A stretch of DNA of 64,000 nt from a bacterium. Lineage in GTDB: Bacteria > SAR324 > XYD2-FULL-50-16. Shown here in pieces: positions 44,701 through 52,946 of this stretch. The notes below the pieces were generated by a model. The model did not search any database, had not been told where the DNA came from, and saw only the letters and a list, made by a program, of their open reading frames with translations. The stretch is taken from the NCBI GenBank assembly GCA_032250835.1, contig JAVVEA010000006.1, positions 1-64,000 on the forward strand, in the 5' to 3' direction. Numbering within the stretch: the first letter of the stretch is position 1; each line of letters begins with the position of its first letter. A program made the translations under genes and the position numbers.

Positions 44701-46587
44701 GATGATGCGGGGCGCTTGGTGGCGATCGAAGGCGTTGCGCGTGATGTCAGCGCCCAGATGGAATATGAGGAAAAATTGCGTGAAAACGAGCGCAAATATT
44801 ACCAAATGTTCAACACCAACCAAGCCGTCAAGCTGTTGATCGACCCCAGCAGTGGGCAGATTGTTGAGGCCAACCAAGCGGCCTGCCATTTTTATGGCTA
44901 CCCCATGGAGCGGTTGACCCAAATGTCGATCACTGAGCTGAACCAACTTTCGGCTGAAGAAGTGAGAGCTGAGATGGAGCGCGCCCGCAGCGAACAACGG
45001 CTCTACTTCCAGTTCCGCCACCGCTTAGCCAACGGAGAAATCCGTGATGTGGAGGTCTATAGCGGCCCGGTAGAAATGCGTGACCGTACCCTATTGTATT
45101 CGATTGTCCATGACGTCACCGAACGCAACCAAGCGCGGGCCCGACTAGAGGAGGCAAAACAGTTGGCTGAACAGGCATCCAAGGCCAAGGGCGAATTTTT
45201 GGCTAATGTGAGCCATGAAATCCGTACCCCGCTAAATGCGGTTTTGGGTTTTGCTGAATTACTAGACCCGATTGTGGTAAGGCCCGAGGCCCGGACTTAT
45301 CTAAGCTCGATCCGAACGGCTGGCGAAAGCCTGTTGAGCCTCATCAACGACATCTTAGATCTGTCTAAAATTGAATCAGGGATGGTCTCGGTTCAGGCCC
45401 AGCCAACGGACCTTTCGGCCTTGGTGGCTGAAATGGCGGAAATTTACCGCAACGTCTCGGAGCGTAAAGGGTTGGCCTTTAGTTGCCGGACGGTGGGTGA
45501 TTTCCCGGCGCGGTTGCGCTTTGATCAAAATAAGCTGCGCCAAGTGATGATCAACTTGATTGGGAACGCGCTCAAGTTCACTGAAGCTGGGGGTGTAGAG
45601 GTGGCCCTCTCGGCCGAACGACAAAGCCCAGAGCGCTACCGGTTGGTTTTGGTGGTGAAAGATAGCGGGATCGGGATCGACCCGAGCCAGCAAGAAGCAG
45701 TCTTTGAATCCTTCCGCCAGCAAGAAGGCCAGTCAGACCGCCGCTATGGCGGCACGGGCTTAGGGTTGACGATCGTCAAACGGTTGACTCAACTGTTGGG
45801 TGGTGAAATCCTGCTGGACAGTCAGGTCGGTGAAGGAACGAGCTTCGAATTGCGCTTTGAAAACATAGAGTCAGTGCCCGAAGAGCCAGTTTCTTCTTCC
45901 GCAGCTATCTCAGAGGTGGTATCCTTGAAGGGAACCAAGGTTTTGATTGTTGATGACAACAACAGCAATTTGGCCTTGCTGCGGGCGGCATTAAATAAAA
46001 AAGGTTTAACGCCTAGCGAGGCCAGCGACGGTGCCGAGGCGATTGAGTTGGCCTTGGCCTTGGAGCCCGATTGCATTTTAATGGATCTGTTCATGCCCGG
46101 CATGGACGGCTTCACGGCCTGTGAACGACTCAAGGCAGACCCGAAGACCGCCCATATCCCCATCTTGGCGGTCACCGCCTCGAAAACCGAAGAAGTGGCG
46201 GTGCGGGTAGAGCAGTTGGGTTTTGATGGAATATTCTACAAGCCCGTAAAAATTAAAGAACTGTTGTCGGCCCTAGCCGAGCAGGTCGGCCAAAAGCCCG
46301 AATCGAAGGCCCCGCCAGCGCCAGCAGATTGGCCGTCAGAGGCCGAATTTTGGCGCGAACTTAAAGAGCGTCTCGGCGAGCCCTTGGCCCAGTTGGGTGG
46401 TGCCATTGAGTTGGAGGTGGTGTCGCAGTTGGTTAGGGCCTTTGAAGAAGTGGCCGGAAAATGGCGGGGGGATCGTTTGTTATTGGAATTAGAGACGCTT
46501 AAAAAAGCCTATTCTTCATTTGATTTGAATGAGTTGACGGCTTGGACTAAGCGCCTGAGCCAGGAACTTCACAACCGGGGGGAATAG
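41800..46587 (+). CDS. large cytoplasmic multi-PAS hybrid histidine kinase
   Basis: About 8 PAS/PAC repeats (WSxE...HPED...QDIT); SHEIRTP; GGTGLGL; receiver DLFMP. Confidence 0.92.
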   Translation: MTTSNLPPTELLFDALEDLLFLTDSQGTVTQANPAALAFLGLGAEQACGQDFAQLLGLKPGLFEACLLPEFKGTELRLKQGQEHILFTCHCKSLGESWLIQLHQDDGPARWRLQEAQRLAKVGTWYLDLTLNQLHWSDELFRLTDLDPKRDLPLSVDQLLERVHPEDRNQMLERSLRLLSATQDEPLPPISHRILKADGSYLRCNLTTKIHFDPQGVRVGISGAVQDISDQEALHLSQARLSRAQAIAHFGYWRWEAGDEVYQWSEEMYRIFGLDPAHFEPRPEALGALLAGPDSGSLAALLDPASLNQAGHFELDLAIKQSSGARKQILVRGEALADPQGQVRAVEGVMLDVTQQKQTEATLREREAQWIQAQHIAHFGSWHWDLIADQITWSEEVFRIFGQPADFVPTYAAYKAQVHPLDRESVDQAVQKTLREHQPFRVEHRILLPDGSQRDVLEQGEVTYDDQGRAVSFMGVSQDITERKEAERRLKLHDWELNRAQQVAQFGSWSKGVRGGELRWSEEFYRICGIDRNQKPDSAYFRSLIHEEDRHYISELADQMESEVRSAAEVFRLIRPDGQLIYLRSQLEQDLSETGQPLRLFGVIQDITAQKEAQAQLLESRKNLAEAQSVAHVGSYLFELKTGKLIWSDEFFRLFGFEPGEVEPSHELYYERVHPEDREWLAKISAEALTGQQTHSELVHRVLLPDGTLRYLQLRGRVEFEQGQAIKTWGTAQDITDLKVKERELQESRELLELAQSMSHLGSWIIEMPSMKSIWSSQMRTVLGLGPEVEPSLEAFFEVLHPEDTQNVKEYFEKSLADPEFRKDVEIRLRRPQGKWAYGYLRGRVVFEEGQPVRAIGSLQDITDLKELEVRYRLVSGHLHDLIYRYRLDPPGFEYVSPSSTQLTGYTPEEHYADPKLGYKLVHPDDRHLLERLNHPDPDVLSEPITFRWVRKDGGVFHCEQRNAPVYDDAGRLVAIEGVARDVSAQMEYEEKLRENERKYYQMFNTNQAVKLLIDPSSGQIVEANQAACHFYGYPMERLTQMSITELNQLSAEEVRAEMERARSEQRLYFQFRHRLANGEIRDVEVYSGPVEMRDRTLLYSIVHDVTERNQARARLEEAKQLAEQASKAKGEFLANVSHEIRTPLNAVLGFAELLDPIVVRPEARTYLSSIRTAGESLLSLINDILDLSKIESGMVSVQAQPTDLSALVAEMAEIYRNVSERKGLAFSCRTVGDFPARLRFDQNKLRQVMINLIGNALKFTEAGGVEVALSAERQSPERYRLVLVVKDSGIGIDPSQQEAVFESFRQQEGQSDRRYGGTGLGLTIVKRLTQLLGGEILLDSQVGEGTSFELRFENIESVPEEPVSSSAAISEVVSLKGTKVLIVDDNNSNLALLRAALNKKGLTPSEASDGAEAIELALALEPDCILMDLFMPGMDGFTACERLKADPKTAHIPILAVTASKTEEVAVRVEQLGFDGIFYKPVKIKELLSALAEQVGQKPESKAPPAPADWPSEAEFWRELKERLGEPLAQLGGAIELEVVSQLVRAFEEVAGKWRGDRLLLELETLKKAYSSFDLNELTAWTKRLSQELHNRGE

Positions 46588-46598
46588 GGAGTGAAACC

Positions 46599-47720
46599 AT
46601 GGATTCTACAGAGGGCGGATTAAAGGTCTTACTAGTAGACGACGGCCCCGAAAATCTACAGGTTTTGGGGCAGTTGCTCCGGCCACGTGGTTATGCCTTG
46701 ACCGCTGCGACAAACGGGGCCCAAGCCTTGGCTTATGTGCAGCAGCACAGACCCGACTTGGTTTTGTTGGACCTGATGATGCCCGATATCGACGGCTTAG
46801 AGGTCTGCCGCCGGATGCGGCAATTGCCCCATATGGGCCAAGTGCCCATCTTGTTTTTATCGGCCCGCTCGGACCAAGATAGCATCAACAGCGGCCTGGA
46901 AGCAGGCGGTGACGACTATGTAACCAAGCCCTTCAATGCGCGCGAATTACTCAACCGCGTGGAAAAACACCTCGAGCGCGCCCAGGCTATTTTTGACCTG
47001 GACCTGCGCAACCATGAATACCGCGAACTGTTGCATGTGCTCAGCCACGACCTAGCCAACCCCTTGGGCACCATCATCAGCTTCACCGAGTTGATTGGAG
47101 GCGAGCCGGAATTAGGCCCAGAACTGATCGAAAAAATAGCGCGGCTCGCCGATAACAGCTTAGAATTGATCGACCTGATCCGCCGGATGCGTTTTTTAGA
47201 CGAGAAGGGCATTGAGGTAGGGCCCGTCAACCTGCGTGAGGTGATTTTAGAGGCTCTAGACATTTCCCGGACCCGATTGGTTGCCAAGGAATTGACGGTC
47301 GAGCTTGAAGGTGGGTCCGAAGATTTTTGGGTGCTCGCCGAGCACAGCTCCCTGATCTATTCGGTGCTTTCAAACCTACTGACCAATGCCATCAAGTTTT
47401 CTCACCCCGGTGGGGTGATCCACTTGAGTCTAAGCAGCCAAGCAGAGGAGGCGGTGGTGCTGTTGGCGGATCAAGGGATCGGCATGACGCCCAATCTGAT
47501 GTCTGATCTTTTTGATATCACAAAACGCACCAGCCGGGTGGGGACGGCAGGTGAGCAGGGCACCGGATTTGGCATGCCACTGGTAAAGAAGTTCATGGCC
47601 GCTTATGGCGGTAAAGTTGCGGTCCGTTCGAAGGATCAGCCCCACTTTCCCGAAAGCCACGGGACCCAAGTTGAATTACATTTCCGCGCCTGCAACTGCC
47701 CGCAGCAGGCGCTTGGCTGA
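46599..47720 (+). CDS. receiver-histidine kinase hybrid
   Basis: LVDD, DLMMP, KPF; SHDLANP; NLLTNAIKF; GTGFG. Confidence 0.92.
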   Translation: MDSTEGGLKVLLVDDGPENLQVLGQLLRPRGYALTAATNGAQALAYVQQHRPDLVLLDLMMPDIDGLEVCRRMRQLPHMGQVPILFLSARSDQDSINSGLEAGGDDYVTKPFNARELLNRVEKHLERAQAIFDLDLRNHEYRELLHVLSHDLANPLGTIISFTELIGGEPELGPELIEKIARLADNSLELIDLIRRMRFLDEKGIEVGPVNLREVILEALDISRTRLVAKELTVELEGGSEDFWVLAEHSSLIYSVLSNLLTNAIKFSHPGGVIHLSLSSQAEEAVVLLADQGIGMTPNLMSDLFDITKRTSRVGTAGEQGTGFGMPLVKKFMAAYGGKVAVRSKDQPHFPESHGTQVELHFRACNCPQQALG

Positions 47721-47787
47721 GCTTTACAAGCCGAAGGCGCTCTTGTATGCTGGCGCAACTTAAAAACAACAACAAGCGAGAGTATTC

Positions 47788-48588
47788 ATGGGTTTGTTTT
47801 CCCAGTCGGGTTATGTGGGCTACTGGAAGGACCGGGTCGCGCAAGCGCAAGACGGAACCAAAGTCGCCGGGGCCGAGGTGCAGGAGGGTTTTTTGGACCG
47901 GTTGGAGATCCAAGCGGGCCAACGGGTCTTAGACCTAGGTTGTAGTTATGGTCGCCTGTTCCCGCTGCTCGCCGCGCGGGGTGCCCAAGTTTGGGGGGCG
48001 GATGTAGACCCCGAGGCGCTCAAAGAGGCAGCCGCACAGGGTTACCAACAGTTAGACGTCGGTGCCGCCGAAAAGACTCCCTATGAAGCAGACTTCTTTG
48101 ATCAAGTGATTGCTTGGGGGGTATATGACGTGGTGGAGCAAGAAGAAGGCTTGGTCGAGGCGAACCGCATCTTAAAAACCGGCGGGCGCTTTTTGTTTAC
48201 CGGTAAGCACCATGACTACAGCCCCAATGACCGCCTGGGTTTTATCGCCGAGCGCAATGCCTGCCTCAAGGATTTCCCCAACCACTTCACCGACCTGCGC
48301 AGTCTGGCCCAACTGTTGCCCCAATATGGTTTCCGCTGGGTCGCCGGATTTGGCTTCGAACAGCGCGGCGATTTCGGCAAAGGCGAATTCTTTGAACTGG
48401 ACTTAAAGGAGGCTAAGCCTTTTTACGAGTTTTTGTTGGTTTTAGAAAAGACCGAAACCCTGGCTCCACAAGGTCTAACCTTCTGCGGTCCCCACAGCCA
48501 AACGGCATTGAGCAAGGCCGCTCATTCGGGCTACCAAGATCTGCGCCAGTTTTTTAAGGAACACAAAGCCCAAAACGGCGATGAGTAA
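47788..48588 (+). CDS. class I SAM-dependent methyltransferase
   Basis: VLDLGCSYGR; RILKTGG. Confidence 0.88.
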   Translation: MGLFSQSGYVGYWKDRVAQAQDGTKVAGAEVQEGFLDRLEIQAGQRVLDLGCSYGRLFPLLAARGAQVWGADVDPEALKEAAAQGYQQLDVGAAEKTPYEADFFDQVIAWGVYDVVEQEEGLVEANRILKTGGRFLFTGKHHDYSPNDRLGFIAERNACLKDFPNHFTDLRSLAQLLPQYGFRWVAGFGFEQRGDFGKGEFFELDLKEAKPFYEFLLVLEKTETLAPQGLTFCGPHSQTALSKAAHSGYQDLRQFFKEHKAQNGDE

Positions 48589-49927
48589 AGTCCTCATCTG
48601 CCTACATGTAGACACCGAAGGGCCGCTCTACGAATCGAAGGTTGAGCTTTTTAAACGGATCAACGAAATCTTTGGCCTGGAGCTGGCGGCAACGGACGAA
48701 AATCTCGCCCGCTTACAAGCCAAAACCCTGGATTTGGGGGGGATCGAGGCCGAGGTAGCTCAGGCCGTGGACCCGCATAGCATAGGATTTAAGACCGACT
48801 GGGGCGCAATCCGGCAGATGTTAGAAAAGATCATGGCTCCACCGTTCCGCAACCAGATGCTGGATTCGGCGGGAAAGGGCTGGGTTTTTAACTGGCATGT
48901 GATGGACCATGCAGGATACCAAAACAACCCCCGCCGCCGGGACCTTGGGTTTTTAAATATCTTCGATTTTTACCAGGAAATGATCGAAGTGACCGGTTCG
49001 AGCCAAGACGCACTGCATTGGCACTTCCACCCGGTCAATTTCTTCGGCGATGCGCACCACTGCGCCACCAGCTATACCAACAACTATCCCTTGCTTAACG
49101 AGGTGATCAGCCGCCGGGTGGTTGAGCGGAGTTGGTTCCCGGCGGTTAACCGGGCGGGCTTCCATTCTGAACGAAGCGATGGGCATTTGTTTTTAGAACA
49201 ATGGATTCCCTTTGATCCCTCCAACCAATCGGTTCCGGTGGACCAGGAACCCAAGTTCCAGCGCGACTTAAGCGGCGGGCGTTTTGGCGATTGGCGCATG
49301 GCCCCGTCGGATTGGAGCTGGTACCACCCACACCATGACAATTACCAATTACCGGGCCAATGCCGCCGGGTGATTGCCCGGGCCTTGAACTTAAAGGCGC
49401 GGCACCGCTCGATCAACGTTGAAGAGATCGAAAAGGCCTTTAAAAAAGCCCAAGCCGGGGAGGTAGTTTACCTGGGACTGACCAACCACGACTGGCGCGA
49501 TATGGCCGCTGAAGTGGACGAGTTTCGCGGGATGTTGAAACAAGTAGCGGCGCGTTATCCTTCCGTTCCTTTTTATTTTAAGGAATCAGTCGAGGCTTTT
49601 CGCGAATTGGTCTATCCCCAGACCGACTGTTCAGCCGAAGCTTTGGACTTTGAGGCAAAAGTGGTGGCCACTGAGGGCCAAACTCGCTTGGAAGTGACCC
49701 TCAAAAAAGGAGCTCTGTTCGGCCCCCAGCCCTGGCTGGCCATCAAGACCAAAGGCCAGACCTACCACCATGACAACTTTGACTTAGGCGAGCCCGGCAA
49801 GAGCTTTGTCTATGTCTTTGACTCGCACACGCTCAGCCTGGATCAGGTCGAAAGCCTTGGGGTCGCCGCCAATGACCGCTACGCTAACCAGTGTATCCGT
49901 CTGCTCCACTCGGGGCGCGATTTTTAA
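48581..49927 (+). CDS. hypothetical protein, possibly polysaccharide-deacetylase-like metal hydrolase
   Basis: VDTEG, WHFHP, RAG and NH motifs reminiscent of a NodB-like barrel; overlaps MTase stop. Confidence 0.55.
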   Translation: MSKVLICLHVDTEGPLYESKVELFKRINEIFGLELAATDENLARLQAKTLDLGGIEAEVAQAVDPHSIGFKTDWGAIRQMLEKIMAPPFRNQMLDSAGKGWVFNWHVMDHAGYQNNPRRRDLGFLNIFDFYQEMIEVTGSSQDALHWHFHPVNFFGDAHHCATSYTNNYPLLNEVISRRVVERSWFPAVNRAGFHSERSDGHLFLEQWIPFDPSNQSVPVDQEPKFQRDLSGGRFGDWRMAPSDWSWYHPHHDNYQLPGQCRRVIARALNLKARHRSINVEEIEKAFKKAQAGEVVYLGLTNHDWRDMAAEVDEFRGMLKQVAARYPSVPFYFKESVEAFRELVYPQTDCSAEALDFEAKVVATEGQTRLEVTLKKGALFGPQPWLAIKTKGQTYHHDNFDLGEPGKSFVYVFDSHTLSLDQVESLGVAANDRYANQCIRLLHSGRDF

Positions 49928-50769
49928 AGCTTCTTGAGCCGGGCCTTCATCTCTTCTAGGGTGATGGGCTCGTAGACCGGGCTTTCGTGACCGCTCGGGG
50001 TGACGTTGATGAGCTTAGCCCCATGGGCCTCGGCGAGTTCTTTGATGATCGCGTGCTGGGGCGGGATGGTTTGTTTGCTGTAAGCCTCCCAATCGAGCCC
50101 CGCTAGATCTTCGTCGCTGTCGTAAAAATGTCCAGGCTCAACGGGCTGGTAAGTCCAACCAAACCCCAGCAGATATATTTCCTTAAAGCCCATGTATAGG
50201 GCTAATAGGATCATTAAATAAGCGACCCCGTCGGTGAAGTCGATGCGTTCGGTTAGGTCTGTATGGAAGGGGCCTTTGGTCCCGGTGGGGCCTCGCTTGC
50301 CGATGTAGTGGACCGCTTTGCCTTTAAAAAAGCCCTGTTCTTGGACAAAGTCATGGTTTGAAAGATCCAAGATCATTTCGGTATGTTCGCCTAAGGCTTC
50401 TTCAATCAGCCGGTAGTAAACAATGGGGCTACCTTCGGGGACAGCCTTGTTGCCCCAAAGGTTATGCATCGAGGTGGCGTTGACGTAATAGTTGCAGTCC
50501 GCTTCCTTGAGGGTTTTATTTTCATAGAGCCGGTTGCAGCCGAAGATGAACTCCTCTTTAAAGACCCTTAAATCCAAGTCCCGCAGCGTCCGCCCAGTGG
50601 CCAGCAAAAAGCACCGCTCCCCTAGGTGCCGGTCTTTGAGCTGGGCATTGGCTTTTAATAAGGGCCTGGCCTTCAGGTCCTGCCAACTGTGAACTATCGC
50701 CCGGTAAACAGGCTTAAGCGGGGCCAACCACTTTGAGTAGCGAGCAAAGTTTTTGAGGGTTGTTTTCAC
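49924..50769 (-). CDS. DUF115/Maf-like putative glycosyltransferase
   Basis: RCFLLATG, FGCN, ALYMGFKEIYLLG, HFY motifs. Confidence 0.7.
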   Translation of the reverse strand: MKTTLKNFARYSKWLAPLKPVYRAIVHSWQDLKARPLLKANAQLKDRHLGERCFLLATGRTLRDLDLRVFKEEFIFGCNRLYENKTLKEADCNYYVNATSMHNLWGNKAVPEGSPIVYYRLIEEALGEHTEMILDLSNHDFVQEQGFFKGKAVHYIGKRGPTGTKGPFHTDLTERIDFTDGVAYLMILLALYMGFKEIYLLGFGWTYQPVEPGHFYDSDEDLAGLDWEAYSKQTIPPQHAIIKELAEAHGAKLINVTPSGHESPVYEPITLEEMKARLKKL

Positions 50770-50988
50770 AGTTTCCGGCTCCTAGCGTTTGAAGGTCTGA
50801 TTGCCCTAGACCCTATGTGCTGGGCCGTAAAAAATCAAGGTTCGGTCCTTGGAGATTGCGTATATTAGCTTTATATATTAAAAAGCTTCTAAATCAATTT
50901 TTGGAGTGTTATACTGATTACAACTGAGGAGTGCTGGACTTTTACCGCTTGGTAGAAGGTGGGTCAACGACCGGCGAGGGAGATCCAA

Positions 50989-52521
50989 ATGAGTGAACCA
51001 ACCGAAGCAATCCGCCGAAGGAGGCGGCTTGCCTATTCTGTGGCGATTTTGACCTTAAGTATGCTGCTTCTCTTTTGGCAGCTTGATGCATTGATTGACC
51101 GACTCTTTTTCCACCACAACAAATCTTATCTGGAATCGCTGATTCATCTGACGGCCTATGAAGTCTATTTCCGAAGCACCGTTTCCTTCATGATTCTGGT
51201 CTTTGGGTTGGTGGCTTGGCGCTTGTCGGACCGCCAATTGCTGGCCTTTATCCGGATCGAGCAGGGGCGTAGACGTCTAGAAGAAGCCCAGGTTTTGGCC
51301 CGGCAAGGTAACTGGGAGATGGACTTGAACAGCCGTAGGGTGGTTTGGTCCCCTTCGCTTTGTAGTCTTTTGGGAACCAAGCCCGAGCGCCTCGAAGGCC
51401 ACTTAGAGGAACTCCGTCGTTTTTTGCACCCCGCTGAAGACCAACGAGTCTTTTCGGTGATCCAAGAGGCCCTTGAGGAGCAACGAGAATTCCGGGTTGA
51501 GCACCGGATCGTGCGTGCCGATGGTCATTTGCGCCGCGCCCTCTCTTCGGGGCATATCCGTTACGGTTCAGCCGACGGGAAACCCAAATTATTGGTGGTG
51601 GTGCAAGACCAAACGGAGCAAAAATCGAACGGCCAAAGAGCTGATTTGATGAGTAAGGTAGTGGCCCATGCCGATGAGGCGGTGATGGTCACCGATGCTG
51701 AAAATAAGATCATCGAAATCAACTCGGCCTTTGAGCGAATCACCGGTTATTCCTTTGAGGAAGTCAAAGGTCGCGACCCTAAGATTTTGGGCTCAGGCCG
51801 TCATGACCGCTTCTTTTTTAAGGAAATGTGGGATTCTATTTTAAGCACTGGCAGTTGGCAGGGAGACGTTTGGGACCGCCGCAAGAACGGTGAGGTTTAC
51901 CCTAAACGCTTGTCTATCTTTACCTTTGCGGGGGTATATCCCGAAGATACGATCCATGTGGGTATGTTCCATGACGTCACCCATGAGCGGGCCAACGAGG
52001 CCCAACTTCGGCATCAAGCATTGCACGACTACCTTACCGGCCTACCCAATCGTTGCGGCCTTTTGCAGTCTTTGGAGCAGGCCCTAACCTATGCTAAGCG
52101 CAATGAAAAAAAGGTGGGCGTGTTGTTCTTTGATTTAGACGGCTTCAAGCAAGTCAATGACCGTGCGGGCCACCAAATTGGCGACGAGGTCTTGGTTTCG
52201 GTTGCGAAGGCGCTGCAAAGCGCTGTGCGGGAATCCGACTTGATTGGGCGGCTTTCGGGCGATGAATTTGTGGCCGTGTTGCTGGATGTCCCGGATCACT
52301 TTGAGGTCCAACGGCTCGCTTCGAAACTGGCCGAACAGGTTTCACAGCTGATGATTGTGGGCAAGGATTTGTATTTTGTGGGGGCCAGCGTAGGATTTTC
52401 GATCTTTCCCGATGATGGGGAAGAGATGTTGAGTCTTTTGGAGCGGGCCGATCAGGAAATGTACCGGTCCAAAGGACGGCGGGATCCCCGCTCAGGCGCG
52501 GACCCCGTGGAGTCTAATTAG
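50989..52521 (+). CDS. membrane-bound PAS-PAS diguanylate cyclase
   Basis: Two TM helices; DYLTGLPNR; DLDGFKQVND; RESD I-site; RLSGDEF. Confidence 0.9.
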   Translation: MSEPTEAIRRRRRLAYSVAILTLSMLLLFWQLDALIDRLFFHHNKSYLESLIHLTAYEVYFRSTVSFMILVFGLVAWRLSDRQLLAFIRIEQGRRRLEEAQVLARQGNWEMDLNSRRVVWSPSLCSLLGTKPERLEGHLEELRRFLHPAEDQRVFSVIQEALEEQREFRVEHRIVRADGHLRRALSSGHIRYGSADGKPKLLVVVQDQTEQKSNGQRADLMSKVVAHADEAVMVTDAENKIIEINSAFERITGYSFEEVKGRDPKILGSGRHDRFFFKEMWDSILSTGSWQGDVWDRRKNGEVYPKRLSIFTFAGVYPEDTIHVGMFHDVTHERANEAQLRHQALHDYLTGLPNRCGLLQSLEQALTYAKRNEKKVGVLFFDLDGFKQVNDRAGHQIGDEVLVSVAKALQSAVRESDLIGRLSGDEFVAVLLDVPDHFEVQRLASKLAEQVSQLMIVGKDLYFVGASVGFSIFPDDGEEMLSLLERADQEMYRSKGRRDPRSGADPVESN

Positions 52522-52607
52522 GCGCCGAGATGGTGCATGTAAGCTAAGCCAAAGAGAATGGTTGCAACCGCAGCGACGATCCAAGAAGATGCAAATGCCT
52601 TATCCAT
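52518..52607 (-). CDS. 29-aa single-TM small protein (not in ORF track)
   Basis: MDKAFASSWIVAAVATILFGLAYMHHLGA; AAAGG upstream; candidate promoter at 52723-52751. Confidence 0.55.
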   Translation of the reverse strand: MDKAFASSWIVAAVATILFGLAYMHHLGA

Positions 52608-52722
52608 AGGGTACCTTTGTCTGAGGGTTGGATTGCCGATTTTTCGGCAGCGCCGGCCTTAGCTATTTGAGGCCGGCATATTGGGCTCCTTTGGGGAGGG
52701 GACCAAGCTTTTGTTGGATATA

Positions 52723-52751
52723 AATATATGAATATTCATATATGCTGGCAA
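52723..52751 (-). promoter_or_regulatory. candidate promoter overlapped by a perfect 20-bp palindrome
   Basis: TTGCCA (52751-52746), 17 nt, TATATT (52728-52723); ATATATGAATATTCATATAT at 52724-52743. Confidence 0.65.
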
Positions 52752-52946
52752 GTAAAAATCCCCCCTTTTGTTGCCCAACTCACCAAATCCCCATAAATCC
52801 CCTGCCGCTCATTCCTCCCGTGCCGTTACCCTAGGTGAAACCCCTCCCTGTTCCTTTGTATAGGTCCTCAAGGTCTGGGCAAATCAGTAGGTTTTAGGTA
52901 TAAGCAGTGAAACCCAGATTTATGCCATCTACTTTCAGAGGGAGCT

